From Hydrolagus affinis (taxonomy: Eukaryota): a DNA stretch of 64,000 bases. The notes beneath the pieces were generated by a model. The model was not told the DNA's origin. It did no database searches and saw only the letters and a program-made list of their open reading frames with translations. Location of the stretch: the NCBI GenBank assembly GCA_012026655.1, contig JAAILG010000071.1, forward strand, positions 1 through 64,000, given 5' to 3'. Position numbers and translations under genes: made by a program. This document shows, piece by piece, positions 25,941 to 40,883 of this stretch. Position 1 is the first letter of the stretch, and each line of letters opens with the position of its first letter.

Positions 25941-28009
25941 AACTGTGTTTGGTTGTGCAAAGCAGGTCATTTTAAAAATAGACACAAAACTGACTGAATT
26001 TCCACTAGGCTGAGCAGTGTCAGAAAGAAAGAAAAATCACTCCTTACATGTCCAATTCTGAAAGAGAAAGCGAGCAACATCCTGGTTTTGAGTCCACTAT
26101 TTTTTTTTGCTGTGACAATAGCTGCTGCTAAGCTGTGGCTATATTTGCCCGACACTATTGGTGAGGCTATCTGTGTCATGCCGCAGGAAAGGAGCACTAG
26201 GCATGCCACATTAATTTACAATATTATCTGTTCCATTGATCTTTCTGTCTATCTGCAGACAAGTGCTCTACTACAGCTCTTTATACATCAAATTATGCAG
26301 GGGAACCTCGTTCTAATGCAGTACTCTGGGGCCAGAAGCTCAGAGGCTGCATTATAAGCAAAACATAATGGCGGACTCCTGGGTTTGTTAAATTGCCACA
26401 ACTGACATTTCCTTTGGGTTGTGCTCCATGTGCAGGAAATATCTCTGAAGTCATTCTGTGATATACATGCATCAATTCCTTTGCAAAATGACATCAGTGG
26501 CACTATACACAGGGAGCAGGTAGTGACATCAGCGATGCTTCATGCTCTGTGCACTTGCCAGCAATGTTTCCAAAGTGAGGTCAGCGGTAATATGAGTTGC
26601 GAGTTCAACCTGCGAGTTGGACATTTCTGGAGTGGGAAGTCAGATGTACCATGCTTCTGATTAACATGGGCTCACATTAGACCCAAACGTTAGTTGAAAC
26701 AGCATCTGAAACACTCAGTAGAGGGTGCCTGTTGTATCATCATTAATCAGATCCTAAAAGAGTGCTTGAAGGGAAAATCACTACAACAAAGACTATGGAG
26801 CTTTATGACTGAAGCTGGAAGAGTTGAATGGTTTTTACTTTTATCCTTTATGGTGCATCTCAATTTCAAAAATCTGTATTTAAATAAGCCCTTTCCAGTA
26901 TAACCTGTTAAATATAGTAAACCTGCTATATCTTTGACAAATTATTTTATTGGCATGATATTTAATATTGGCTGTGAGTGAGTAGAAACTGCAGAACATC
27001 CTTATCTTACAGTTACGCTGCATTTCTTTACATACAACTTCTGACATCGTGTTATTATTATCTAATCATATGGTAGCTTTTCATTGGTGGATAATGATAT
27101 TTCACTTTAATATTTTGCTGAATTTCCAGAATGCAACCACACGACAATATTTAAAAAAAATACAAATATCATTATTCAAAATAAAATGTCCAGTGAGTAT
27201 AACTTTTTTTTTGTAATGCTGTATTGAGCTAGCTCTGGAAATGAGTACATATGGACCAACACTAAACCTATAATACAACAACTCAAGGTTAAAAATACTA
27301 GCTGTCTGTAAGATAAGTATGTTCTGCAGTATTAACAAATGTAATTTTGTAAAAAGGCAAGCTGTGACATCCCCACAGTCAAATAGTTTCCTAATGCTCT
27401 GTTTAAATGGAATAAAACTGCCACAGTCTGGAGAAATTATTGTTAAAATATTATAGTGAATATAATACAAAAATATCGGGTACAATTTATGGTTTGCACA
27501 AACCATATGTAGCTGTAGGTAGACATAATTACGGATGCCCTTATTTACACTGAAACCAGCAAACAATGAAGGTAATTACGAGTGAATCCGTTATCTGAAC
27601 ATTACCAGCAAATTGTGTGCTTCATGTTTTGGGTGGGATTATTAATGAATCAGTTAAGGTTTCCACTTAAGTTTTAAGATTGTGAGCAAACAACTAAAGA
27701 TACAATATTAAAAAACTTTTGAGCAAACTAAAAATTTGGAAGAATAGAATGTGTAGCAGATTTGAAGGGGTCAAGCAAATCTTTCAAATATAACTACCTA
27801 GTTAATGAATATTCCATGAGGGGTAAATACAGTAGAAGGAAAGAATGGAAGGGATCAGGCATGTTTACGTAATTATTGACCTTGGTAGCATCTACTTGTA
27901 ACTGGTAAATCTCCTAAACACACAAAACAAAGGGAAATACATTTCTCAGAAAGAGAATATTTTCTCAATGGACAATACATAAAATTTACTGATAAGTAGA
28001 GAATTAGTC

Positions 28010-28120
28010 CCCCATAAATATAGTCAATTCACTTTATAGTATATTTTGTGAAGCGCATTGAGATGTCTAGAAGTCGTGAAAAGCGCTATATCAAATGCAA
28101 GGTTTATTATTATTATATTA
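28010..28120 (+). mobile_element. SINE tail fragment
   Basis: agtcaattcacttt...gtgaagcgc...gcgctatatcaaatgcaagg(tta)n. Confidence 0.8.
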
Positions 28121-29489
28121 TTATAATTACTCGCTCTGTCTCTAAACTGAATGGGTAATGTGACCAATCATAATGATAAAATAATATGACTCAGAAGTCT
28201 TTCAACAACCACCCATACCTTTGTAATGATTTTAAACATTTAGCATTAAAGTTCAAGTAATTAGTTTATGAATCCTTATATTTACAAATTATGTTTTATG
28301 ATAAATCCAGACTGGGAGCTCTCCCGCGTGTCTGTTATTCTGATAAAGTAAGCAATGTTTAGATACCAATTAGTAAACATTTTGTAGAACTAGCCAAATG
28401 ACCCTAGGAACACCATTAATAATGAAATATCTTGGCAGATCCGCAGCTTAGGAGAATGAGCTCTTGTCTCCCTACCAGAAGGTTTTATATTCTTATGTTA
28501 AGTCCTAAAGCTGTCTTTTATTGTAAATTTATATGGTTAACTGCACTTCATCAATTCACAGTCATTCCACCAGATATGATATGAAGAGCAATGAAGTGTT
28601 CCATTTGTGAAGGAAGGTAAAATTCCGAGAACTAGACCAATGACGCTTGACCAGCTGGGCCATGGTAAAGTCTCTTCTGTCATTCAAAGTGAAGCGGGTT
28701 GTACAACAACAACAACATGTCATTTATAAGGCGCCTTTCACGTCAGGAGGACTGGATGATTGATTGTAGAGCACGACCATGAAAAAGAAAAGATAACCAA
28801 ACAGGGTGAATGGAAGTTTGCCCAAAGCTAGCTGAAATGTGTGGTGTTCATTGCTTTCAAGGCAATATCTATCCCTTAGCTGCAAAGATCCCTGCCTCAT
28901 TTTTTAAATACTGTAATATGATGCATTGCCCTGTTAGAGGGCATTATGAATACATGCAGTTTTTCTGCGAGGATTTAGGCCATCCGACTAAGGACATTCT
29001 TACCTTGTATCTCATTGTGATAAGAAGCTAAGCAATATGGACAGAGAGGGATGGGTGATGTGATAATATGTATAACATCCTTTGTAATATGCTCATCATG
29101 TGATTCTGTACTGAGTAGATGCATAACTGTGGTCTGTGTAATTAGCCTGTTAGTGTTGTGTCACCAAATAAATAATCCATTGACTTGATCTACAATAGTT
29201 CAGTGAAAATTTTAGAATTATTGAAGGACAATAGTAGGGATTTAGATTTGTGGTGAACTATTCATTGGAATCAGATGGACTTTGTTGAAGCAGAAGCATT
29301 AATGAGGTGTTCTGAATCAAGAGTTCAAGCCTCACCTGGTAATAAGGTGATCTTGCTAATGTTGAAGTAAACCACACAGATTATTACATTCTTTGTAGAT
29401 TATTCATTGATGGAACCTATCTGATGGAAAGGTTATGAAAATGATATTGACAGTGGCTATTTATTATTTAAGAGTCTATCTGACACAGT

Positions 29490-29820
29490 TGCTAGTACTC
29501 CATTGCAATGATGAGGGAGAACTGCTCTATCAGAATTGCATTCCTTTGGATATGACATTAAACTAAGGTCCCATCTGCCTGTTCTGCTGGATGTTAAAGA
29601 CCCTAGAGTGCTATTTGAAAAGAGAAGTGAATCTCTCCACATGTATTGGCCAACAATCCTCCAGATATAATTGGTTATTCACTTGATGGGTTGTTTGTGG
29701 AATACTGCTGCACATAAATTGACTGCTGTTTGCCTACAATTGCATAGTCACTACACTTTGAGACATTTCAACAATTTGACAAAGCATATATACTATATAA
29801 ATGCAAAGAATATTATGTCA
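29490..29820 (+). mobile_element. Ancient Deu-domain SINE (SacSINE/AmnSINE-like)
   Basis: gacattaaactaaggtcccatctgcctgttctgctggatgttaaagaccc...gtttgtggaatactgctgcacataaattgactgc...tatataaatgcaa. Confidence 0.7.
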
Positions 29821-30590
29821 TATTATATATCATTCAGGTAAAATACTACTTGTTCCTACAGCTCAATTTCATTACCTAAATACGCAAATGGAATCTCCAG
29901 GAGTTCTGGTCACTGGAATAAGAGATTCGGTCTCTCACCAAGTTGGAATCCAAACCTCAATTATCTTTTGAACTGTAATAATACTACCAACACATTCCAT
30001 CATTAAACTAATAGGAAAGATAAATAGAGCATCAAGGAAAATATTAGTGACTACTTAACCTTTCAGAGTACTCTTGCATTCAGCCACAGTTGGTAGCAGA
30101 CACTTAAGCAAACTACAAAATGGCATTACATATACACATACAGGGGCACGACATGAACAGATTATTTCTATGTACATATATGACACTTTTTTTGTTTGCC
30201 AATTTTCTCTTCTTTTCTCCTTTTACTCTCCTGGAGCCACTCACAAAATGATCATTCTTTATGTGCAAGTCTAGACAGTGAGTATTGACAGGCTGCATAG
30301 AAGGGATCATAACGTGATACTTTTCTCATCCAATACAAATGTACATTTTCTATCAGGCTTCAGAACTTACAATTAACTGTTACTAAATATTAGTTTTGAA
30401 TCTAGACATTCTAATTCATGAACTATAAGCAATTTTAAAAAAAAGTACATATACTATTATTCTCAGCATGATTGTTGCAAAATGTATTGAAGATTACATA
30501 GACATGTACATAGATTTGAAATGACAGGGAGATCCAACATAACGATACATTGCTTTTATAATTGTCTTTCAGTGGCATGGTTTCACTTAC

Positions 30591-30725
30591 CGCAGAAACA
30601 ATCAGTTCTCCACCAAGACTTTGAATTTCAGCTTTGACCTGGCTGCAGATTTTCAGCTGATGGGAGTAGAGCTTGATCTGTTCCAGGTATGCCAACAAGT
30701 CATGTTTACAAGACAGATCTTGACA
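30591..30725 (-). CDS. CTNNA3: Alpha-T-catenin coding exon (human exon 17 equivalent)
   Basis: tattttcag|TGT CAA GAT...GTT TCT GCG|gtaagt, 135 nt. Encodes CQDLSCKHDLLAYLEQIKLYSHQLKICSQVKAEIQSLGGELIVSA. Confidence 0.96.
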
Positions 30726-33239
30726 CTGAAAATACAAAAAATAGCAATGATTGATATACTTTTTTTTATACTACTGTGTTGTAATAAAAAAAGAAAAAAT
30801 GTGAGCTTCAATGGGATCTCTATATCAGAAAACAATATTTAATTTTATAGTACAGTATTAGGATACCTTTGCAAAACTATAAAGGATGTTTCTCATAATT
30901 TTTAATTGAACAGAGGCTACTATGGCATTCAATATGCAGGGATGCATTTTCTAGTTGTACTAAGAAGTGCTTCTCTATAAATAAAGAAAAATTCCCAGAG
31001 GAAGAACCTTGTAAATTGCCAATAATAAAAAGAATTGCACAGAATATGTGAATTCTAATATGAATATTTCAGCAATCCCAGTACAGCAAATGTAGAGGAA
31101 TGCTTTATGAATATGATAATTAAAAATAGTTAAAGACACATATTCTGTATAACAGGACAGTGGATGTTAACTACAAAAGTGATTCACCTGCTGGAAATAT
31201 AGTTCTAGAGTTTAAAATAGGTTTGGAAGATCACATACTGAGCAAGGGTCTTGTCTCAATAATCTAGAAATACCAAACTGTATCGCTCAAACTACTAAAG
31301 AAGTCAATCAATGTTAATAGAATTTTATTTTTATTCAAAAGAAATTATTAACTATGTAGCCTGTACTAGAATACCATGTAGGAATAGATCTCCAGAAAGA
31401 ATCAAATCCAATATTTTTATGTTGATCTAAATACACAAAATGTTCCACCAGAGAATGCACTACAATTTTTGTTACTTAGTTCTTTCAGCAGCTCATGGCT
31501 TGCCTGTGATTAGACTGATCATCTGTGACTTATCCAGCTTGGTCGACAATGCATAGCTGATAGTTTGGCTGAGCCTGGCTTCATATTGCATTCATTCCTC
31601 TACTCAGACATGATTTGATGTGGACCATTAGTGAAACAAATGACACAACAGAGGAATTTATTCAAATGCAGTGACACATTTTGAAGAATTCAAAATATAA
31701 TTTGTCTGACTGCTTTCATAATAATCTGGTAAATCTTCCTATCTCACACAAATTTTAAATGTTTGTACACGTCTTACACGTTTAAGTACTCCTAATTTTC
31801 AAAAATACAGTTGGTAAACTGATGTCACATTCTTATTCAACATTTGCAAAATTTAACATTAAATTATGATACTAAGAGAATACATTCAAGGAAAGAAACA
31901 AACATTTAAATATTCTGCGAACAATTTAAATTCTGAGTACAGCTTACTGCAGCCAAGGAGCTGTCTCACTTTAGATGCCCATAGTGCATACATTTTACTG
32001 TACTGTTGTGACAATTTGTTCTGAAATTCATGCAGAATCAGTGTAAAACACAGTATAAATTGGGTTTAAACTCTGAAGGTTGCCTGCCAAGATCACTTTG
32101 ACCTTTAATTGACTAACTACCCAAGAGCATTTCAGAGACCGTTTTAATGTTAAGAGTTGATTGCATTTCCAGCTGGTTAGTAAGAGGTTAGGTTTTGCTT
32201 AGGTTGTTGAGTGGAATCTTGTGCATATCTTTATTTGCATACAGTTTCTTATGGAGTTGCATAGAGTTCACCTCAGCCTCCTACAAAAGCGATTCAGATC
32301 GGGAAATATAGATCAGTTTTCCCACTTCAATTCGCTATTGCTGGAAGCAATTTAACATCAGCTCCAGCAGAATAACTGGTTAGTAGATAAGTATTAATAC
32401 AGGACCTAGATATGCTGAATGTTTGTTATAAACACAAGGATTATCAATATAGATTCACCCTGTAGCTGCTGTAAATTTTCATGCTCGTTAAGCTATGAAA
32501 TAGTACTACAAACTCTGGGTTTGTACAGAGGATATTAAAATGTTACCTGAAGGACCTGGACTGCTCTATTTTGTTTTCTGTCCATCAATAACAGCAAGTT
32601 ACCCACTGCCAAACAATCAGCAGAATTGGAAAAACTGCAGTTTCTTCTTTAAACTACAAAGTATGAATCAATTATGATTGATAAAGAATGGATCAAACTA
32701 ATAAATGTGCACACTGACGAAGAATTAGAAAAAATGCCTGAATATATCTTCAAAATGAGCTGATGCATGGTGCTGACGCTTGTGGATACAGTCAAGTCAT
32801 CAGAGACAAGCCATGTGAAAAAACAGTTGCATTAGCCATCACCACCATCATCATAACAGATCAATAAAAATATTTTTTGCACCAAACTTAGTTAATAAAT
32901 TTAGCAGTTTTTGCCATTTTTCATAATCTCTCCCACAGATTAGCTATCTTTCCTCATAGTTTTACACATTGCCATGCACAACAGCTATATTTATCAATCG
33001 TCATGCCACAGCCTCATCAGGTGCTGTTGTGGAACAAATGTGATTTTCTTTCTATAACAGCCAATGCCACAATTCTACTTATATTTCATATTTTTTCAGC
33101 AGTAGATCTAAATTGTATCAGGTGTTGACTTTCTAACCTCATAGCATTCAGGATCATATTTTAGTCTGACGTTTTCCTCATATTGAATTGTTGGGAGAAA
33201 AGCACAGAAAGAAAACATCAATTTCAAGAGTTAGTCTCA

Positions 33240-33525
33240 TGCCACTAAAGAAAAGGTAGTTTCTCCTGATGTCATGGCCAACAATTCTCCAGATAAACTG
33301 GACTTTCACTCATGGTGTTTTGTCGGACAACAACAACAACAAAATTACACTTGTATAGCACCTTTCATGTCAGGAAGGACCTGTTGGGTGTAGATTGATT
33401 GCCATGTTTGTTTATGTATACAGTTACTACACTTGACAGGCATTTATTGTAAAATGCTTTAACATCATCGATGTTTGACATCATCGATGCTGTATAAAAT
33501 GCAAGGATGATTGATTCTGATTATT
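33240..33525 (+). mobile_element. Old Deu-domain SINE fragment interrupted by an inverted L2 tail (about 33328-33380)
   Basis: agtttctcctgatgtcatggccaacaat...aaatgcaaggatgatt, with (CAA)n aaattacacttgtatagc inside. Confidence 0.6.
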
Positions 33526-34330
33526 ATGCTAACAAACACTTTCTTATTAATGACTGACTAAAAGAAATCTGGCAACATAGGACATTTTGCAATACATTTC
33601 ATATTTTTATAATCCAATTTGCATTCATTAACAGTAAAAATTGAATACTTGTTTAGCAGATTCAGATTCTCTTGCAACTGCCAACTCATAGACTTGCAAA
33701 ACATTTCCAAGTGATATAAACAGAATCAGATTCTTATCTGAATTCCTAGTGCACTTAAGCAGCTGTTGATAAGCCAGTGCTAATCATCCATCATGCTTTG
33801 TGACACAATAAGTGTTTTCTGACATGAATGCTGAATTCTAGCTAACCCTTGATGTAAAGTCACAATCACAATACTATTGATGAACAGAAGAAAGAGCAAT
33901 ATGTGGGTCATGGACAGATGCTATCAACTGAAACTGTTGTCTTTCAAATAAAAACAAATCAAAAGTAAAATATTTTGAGCTATCTGTTATTTAATATTCA
34001 TGTTCCTATTAAAGATGTACTATAAAAAGAATGTTGAGGTCAAGATATCTATTGATTTGAATACTACATACTGGATTGGCTTCCAACAAGATGGTGCAAT
34101 TTTAAGTTAAAATCTCGGCTGACATTAAATTGTATAAGTACTGTGTCATCTGCAAAACGCAGAAGATTGTCAATGCTCCACAGGGTTACAGAGTTGAAAA
34201 ACATAATTCCTCTGAAACGAAGAAATGACATTCTTTATTTCACCCAATATAGAAGATTAAGGATTGATATTCATAAAGCTACACTTGTTATCACATATTT
34301 ACATATGTGAAAGAAAAACAGAAAACAAAC

Positions 34331-34436
34331 CTGGTTAGCAATCTGACGTGCTAAAATATCCATTCTGGAACCCGACTCTGAGATTGTTTTTGCTGCATTG
34401 ATAACATCAGATATGTGTTTCAGCGGTCCTCGACCT
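34331..34436 (-). CDS. CTNNA3: Alpha-T-catenin coding exon (human exon 16 equivalent)
   Basis: ttcccacag|A GGT CGA GGA CCG...GCT AAC CAG|gtttgt, 106 nt; completes the split Arg codon. Encodes GRGPLKHISDVINAAKTISESGSRMDILARQIANQ. Not in the ORF track. Confidence 0.95.
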
Positions 34437-34671
34437 CTGTGGGAAGCAAATCAAGTTGGTTAGCTGCAATACACGCCAAATTATGAAGACATTTAGACAT
34501 CAACCATTTCAAAAGTATAAGATTCCACATTTATATTTGTAATGTGTTTTTAAGTAGACCCTCATACAGTTGTCATTATGATTTTAATGCTTCCATGGAA
34601 CAACCAACACAAGACTAAGAGAAATACATTTTTCTACTGTTATTGGGTGTTTATGAAATCATGCCTTTGTC

Positions 34672-34714
34672 TATTATATTATATTATATTATATTATATT
34701 ATATTATATTATAT
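34672..34714. repeat. (ATATT)n pentanucleotide microsatellite
   Basis: About eight tandem units, seen directly. Confidence 0.9.
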
Positions 34715-35789
34715 CGTACAGCAGAAGACAACACAAAGGGTAACATCATCTTCAACAATAAGTGTGACCAAGCTATAGGTCTTTACAAAGCAAGGGTAAA
34801 ATATGCCATTTAGAATAGCCATTTAACATAATACTCAAATTTCCCACAATTTTCTTGAAGAAGATTATTTAAAGTCAGGCAGATTTGACCCATTTCTAAA
34901 ATAGCCTATGTTTATAATCTGCCTGTTTTCCTAGTCCAACTGCAAGGAATGATGCAAAGAACATAATGCGAGGCCAAATACTGTACTGTATTTGTTAAAA
35001 GTAAAGCAAAGAACCACAGTAAAATAAAGCATGGCCCAATTTTAGAAAAAAAATTAAAATCCTAATGGTCTTCATAAGCAGCAAGTGTGTCAGAATGTGC
35101 TTCTCCTAATCATTTTGCATTTACTGAACTTCTAAATTGACCGACAGAAAGATATTCAAGATAGGGTCATTTCCCATCGCATTTAACCTTTTTCTATTTT
35201 GCTAGATATACTTCAATTATTAGATTTATAATCTTCATTAACATTGCCATTAACTTGTTATGATGTTATTAAGGTTATGCTGTTATGCATTGCAGATAAA
35301 ATAAGTTCACATATTTGGATTCTGCAGTGCAAGCTTAATGAGAAGCTTTATAATATGAATTCTAGTCTACAACTGTAAATCAAATTTCAGTCTGGAATTA
35401 AATCACTCTAATGCACTAACTTCAACATTTATCCTATCTCCGAAATGTGAAAGATAAATTCAAAGTGAATTTAGTGCACATTTTGCACCATAGTTTTATT
35501 GGATGCTGACCTCTAAGAACATTAAGGCAGCAAGCACAAGATATGCTGTTCTAGTAGGTCCTCTCATCATGATGAAGACAGACTGTTCTTCCAATATCTG
35601 ATGAGGAAACTCTAAGGCTTCACAGGAATTGATAGAAAGTATATAACCTGGGTTCTGGGAGTGTGAAAACATTTTCATGTATCCAGGTCTTGGAATCCAT
35701 ATTGATTGGTATACACAGAAGTAAACAGCTGCTGCTCAAGCCCTGTACTACCAACTGGAGGCACGTTATATGCTTTTAGTTGGTCACAT

Positions 35790-35992
35790 TCCAACAGCAC
35801 ACTTTAGGATCTCCAAGGCTTCACTCTTGCCAACATGCGTCTAATATTCTCAGAATTAAATAAACAGGATGAGAATGCACATTGCATTCCAAACACAGGA
35901 GTGTTTCAAGTTGTAGATGGTATACATACATGGAATGCTCAGTCTGGTTTGAATACTCTTAAATATGGTTTCTATATGTGTCAGACACCTGG
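35790..35992 (-). repeat. Unassigned dispersed repeat family X, copy 2 (diverged)
   Basis: Minus strand gtgtctgacacat...ttaagagtattcaaacca...ttggaatgcaatgtgcatt...catcctg...gagaatatt...gttggcaagag. Confidence 0.65.
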
Positions 35993-38900
35993 ACGTCCTC
36001 CCGATGTGAAAGGCGCTCTATAAATGTAATTTTGTTGTTATCGCTTCCCCTCGAGGATCATGCCCTGTGGCCAATTTTCATGTGTGTCCTTGACAGCACC
36101 TTGGGACATCCTCCTGTTATGAATAGGTGTTTTACAAATGTAATTTGTTGTTATTTAGTTGGTGACAAGACATGCTATTTAGTCATCTGGATGTCGCAGC
36201 AAAGTCCAATTCTCTTTTCATCTGACTCCACATGTGATGACTTTCTATGCTCATTGGATAGTGAACAGGGGGAGAAACTTTGATTATTTTTTCTCCTTCA
36301 CAACCAAGGCCACTGTATCTTAATGTCACGCCTCATCTGAGATTAGCTAAAACAATACAGATCTATTTGGGGCTATATATTTGAACTAAATCCTAGCAGA
36401 CAGATTTACTGACTCAGTCACATGAGGAACTTTGATTGAAAAGTTCTAATACCTCAGCAATTCCATCAATCTATAAAGAAACGGGCTTCCCTTGCATGGA
36501 TGGTTTCGATAACAAAGTTTTCCCAGTGAAGGCTCTATTGACTTTAGCTTCAGGGTAGACTCTAGCACACTGATAGCCAACCTGCCGATGAGAAGCACCA
36601 CCTGAATATTCCCCTGAATATGTTGCCTGAGTCTAGGTAAGTCCGCATTTCAATCAGTCGTGGGTTTTCAGTTTTTTCTTGATTGAATATCTCTTTATTT
36701 ATGGCATAAATCAAGAAATATTCAACCAAGAAAATGTATTTAGTTGGCTAACCATAAAGGTTGGCCACAACTGCTCCAGTAGATACATTTATGTTAACAG
36801 GAAAATCGTTACTTGCTTCAATATCATCTCATAATGCAGGACAATTGGCCAAACCCTTCCTGGGTTCTGGCATTGTCTAAAAGATGTGAAAAGAGCTATG
36901 CCAAGTGCAGTAATTATTATTATCATCATTATTGTTGTGTTAGAGGATTTTTAGGTACATAACTAAAACGCAGTAAACTACAGGCATATGGGGAAAATGT
37001 AGGTTAAGAGACTGAAAGACTTGCTCTTTGAAGGGCTAGTATAGACAAGCTGAGTGAAATGGTTGCCTGTTGTGCTCCAAATGTCTGTTTCTATCCTAAG
37101 AGACCAAATTCCAGTGTTGGGACTATGGCAATTATTTGTCAACATGGGCACAGGAATATTGGGAGAGTAGCAGGCCTTAACTTATTTTTCTTGAACTGGG
37201 AGACATAGTAACATTTTCAGACAGGCATGGACTGAGATTGGATTTTCAGAAAAAAGAGCAAAAAGGTTATTCATATTGTTGATTCTAAAGAAGCAGCTGT
37301 GGCCACTGATGAGTGTGGATATTCTGCTGTTCAGAATATTTATTAATAATCTTGATGATTCTCATACAAGTACCAAATCAAAGTTTGCAGTTACCTAAAG
37401 TTATGTAGAAAGCAAGATGTTATAATGAAAAGTATAATTTAATGGTATTACTGGACCATGTGGGGTGGCATAAAGAATTTTATCTTCATGTCCTTATTAC
37501 AGCCCTTATTAATGCTCCTGCATGTTCCTTATTATTATCTGTACGTCCTTGATGCCACTGCATTAACATACGTTTGCCCAGGTAGACTATTTTAAAATGC
37601 TATAGATTTATAATAAAGAATGTTGCAAAGGGAACATAATACATGTTTACATTTGAAGAAGTAAATAAATGAAATGTCTGAGTTTTGTATTTCCACACCT
37701 TGTTTTGTACTTAAGAGGCTGTGTTCTGTAAGGAGAACTGAAAGGATGTCACTGAATAGACGTGTGAAGAAGAGACTGGCCTGATGAGAGTACAGCATTA
37801 AAGCATCAAAAGTAATAACAAATTGGATGAATGCTTTACAAGATACAAGATTGCTTTAGCCTCCAGTTAATTCACGATTTGCTGGTCGATTGATTGCAGT
37901 CAAAAAAGTATAGTTTGAGCTGAGACTGACAGAGCACATTTCCATATAATTGTGTATTGCAGGAGTTAACAGTATATTTTGTATATATGATTACATTTGT
38001 AATCCAAGCATGCACCAAGTAAGTGCCAGTAAGAAAATGATTTGTACTATATTTGTGTCAATGCTTTGCAATAGAAACCATATATACTGACAGAATGCTC
38101 ATGGCAATCATTAGACCAGGAGATAAATATTAAATGGCCTTCCATACTGAAAAAAAAGGTAATGGATATCTGCGCTAACATTGCAAATATAATTACAAAG
38201 AGAAGGGTAAATCATTAAATGAGTGCAGCAGAAGAACTTGTTACAAATAGAAAATATGCGTCAGGGTACAATTGATTACAATCTTTATGTAACTCATCAA
38301 GCAGACATTACAACACACTTGTGACCTTCTCACTAATATGGGTTGTTTAATCATTCATAAAATATCCAGTGGGGCCCTGCTGTGGATTCTCTGTGGGTTT
38401 TGTTCATTGTCACAACTGAGCAGACAAATCATTGCACTGTAAATTGCTGTGTACCATGGCTTACAGTATCCATAAATCACTACTTGAATGGGGGGGGCGG
38501 GAGGGAGGGAGAAAGTTTAATTTGTTCAACAGGGAAGCTGTATGTTCCTAGTCACGAGAGCACTGCTCTAGGAACTGCTCCAACACTTGATTTTGCAAAA
38601 TATACACAAAACTTACACAAAATATATTTATTAAATTAGCCCAACATTTATCCATTTTTTACTGAAAAGACCCGTTGAGGATGAATATATAAAACTTTTA
38701 AGTGCCAATTGTGTTGTTTTGCTCTGTTTGGGATATGTAGGTTTTTAACTCATGCATCAAAGCCACATCAAAGCAGGCCTATCACAAAACTCTGATTTGC
38801 ATCCAGAACTATTGGTTTGAATGCCCTCCTCACCAACATTATGGACATTTTGTAAGAACTGCTAGAACTACCCTGTTGTATCACCTGGTACTAGGTCAAG

Positions 38901-39184
38901 GCACTTAGGTGATGTGATACCAGCAAGGGTGATACTGGCTCCAAACTGATTTAAGTCTATCACATGTTCTACATTGTACAGTACCTTGTTACCCATACAA
39001 ATGGCTTCAGGCTTCTTGGTCTCCCTTACCAAATGCTATTTTCTCTACCTAAGTGCTGCGGTAATTCCTATTGAAATGAGGTGTATATATGTAGTTGTGA
39101 CAAGCTGTGGTAATTATCACCTAATTGATAATAACAAACAACAAAATTACATTTCTAGAGTGCCTTTCACATCGGGAGGACGTA

Positions 39185-40054
39185 ACAATTGCTATAGATA
39201 GGCTAGGTGACTAGGCACGAAGGTGGCAGATGGAACATAATGTGGGGAAGTTATTCACACTTCCCCACAGCAAAAACAGAAAAGGCAGCAAAAACAGAAA
39301 AACTGATTATTTTCTAGAAGGGGAGAGACTTGATAGTGTTCGTGTTCAGAGGGATTTGGGTGTCCTTGTATACTAGTCACGAAAAGTTAGTATGCAGGTA
39401 CAGCAGGCAACTAGGAAAGCTAATCGCATGTTGGCGTTCATTGCAAAAGGGTTAGAATACAAGAGTAAGGAATTCTTGCTGCAACTGTACAGAGCCTTGG
39501 TGAGACCGCATCTGAAATATTGTGTGCAATTTTGATTTCCTTATTTAAGAAAGGACGTGCTCGTCTTAGAGGGGGTGCAGCGTAGATTTACATGGTTAGT
39601 TCTTGGGATGAGGGGGTTGATCTATGAGGATAGATTGAGTAAACTCGGCCTAAATTCTCTAGAATATAGAATTAGAGGTGATCTTATAGAAACCTATAAG
39701 ATTCTTAAGTGGCATGCCAGAGTAGACAGTGGGAGACTGTTTCCTGTGGTAGGAGAAACTATAACTAGGGGTCAGTTTTAAAATTAAGGGTGAGCCTTTT
39801 TGAACAGTTAAGGAAACACTTCTTCACTCAGAGGATAGTGAATTTATGGAATTTTGTACCCAAAAGGCTATAGATCCTCAGTCCTTGAACATATTCAAGA
39901 CTGAGATTGATAGATTTTTATGGATAGAAGGATTAAGGGATATGGGGATGGCGGGCACATGGAGTTAGATTAGAAGATCAATTATGATCTTTTTGAATGG
40001 CAGGGCAGGTTCGACGGGCTGAGGTGGCCTACTCCTGCTCCTTGTTCTTATGTT
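39185..40054 (+). mobile_element. CR1-clade LINE, 5'-truncated and disabled
   Basis: Remnants QRDLGVLV, LQLYRALVRPHLKYCVQF*, LEGVQRRFT and RGDLIETYKIL; CR1 3' end ggcctactcctgctccttgttcttatgtt. Confidence 0.9.
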
Positions 40055-40883
40055 AATCAAGCTACAGAGTTTTGACATGGAAAAAGCTTACAATTCACTA
40101 CAGTGCTGCTGTTAGTTTTGTAACCCTCCAGAGATTCACAAACTGGAATTACTGTGTGTAAGGTATGGGTGCAAAATTATTGAAAAAATTCAAATAACAT
40201 CCAAACCTATTTATTTCGATACTATTCAACAATCTATATTTTGACCCGAAACAAGCTGACATGAATGCAATCTTGGGACAAATCATTTTGGCTTATTGAT
40301 TCCGCATCCGTGCTTCAAACTGGACATAGAAGGGGCTTGTTGGTCTCCTTTGTTATTACCGTTAGAAGTCGAGGACTAAAGTCGATCACTCAAATGCATC
40401 CTTGAATTGATAGGCACTTTGGCAATCAGGGAGATAAAAGCTGTTGCTTGCAGTTAATGTTTGAAAAAAATCACAGCAGTCATTTCTTCTCTTCTTGAAA
40501 ATTACAAAGCAGTCTAAGAGTATGTTATACACTGTGAACTAAGGCAAGATGACACTTCAGGTCTAAGTAAAATTCAAAGAACCAATATCAAAAAACACAG
40601 TGATAAATGAGACTTGAGGATAAGTGAACTAGTGATGATGTATATCAGGTCTAACAAGATATGAAAAAGGAAAATGTTAAAGCTTGTTGGAAGCTGATGA
40701 TGTTGGCCAAAGAAGAAGACTGTACAGATAATAAAAAACAATAAGGTTAAAACCCACAAATTGCTGAATCTATCTTAAATTTGTCTTTTGCAGGGACAAT
40801 GATGTCCTATATACATCATACCAATTTATGAGAACTTTACTCCAATGAAGCAAAGTTATCCTGTGGAAAACTTGGGGCTCTTT

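Noticed and set aside
26715-26730. CTCF-like motif tcagtagagggtgcc
   Set aside because: A single imperfect match with no supporting context.
34326-34331. Non-consensus donor CAG|GTTTGT as a sign of pseudogenisation
   Set aside because: The GT is intact and exon length and phase fit both neighbours, so there is no evidence of disablement.
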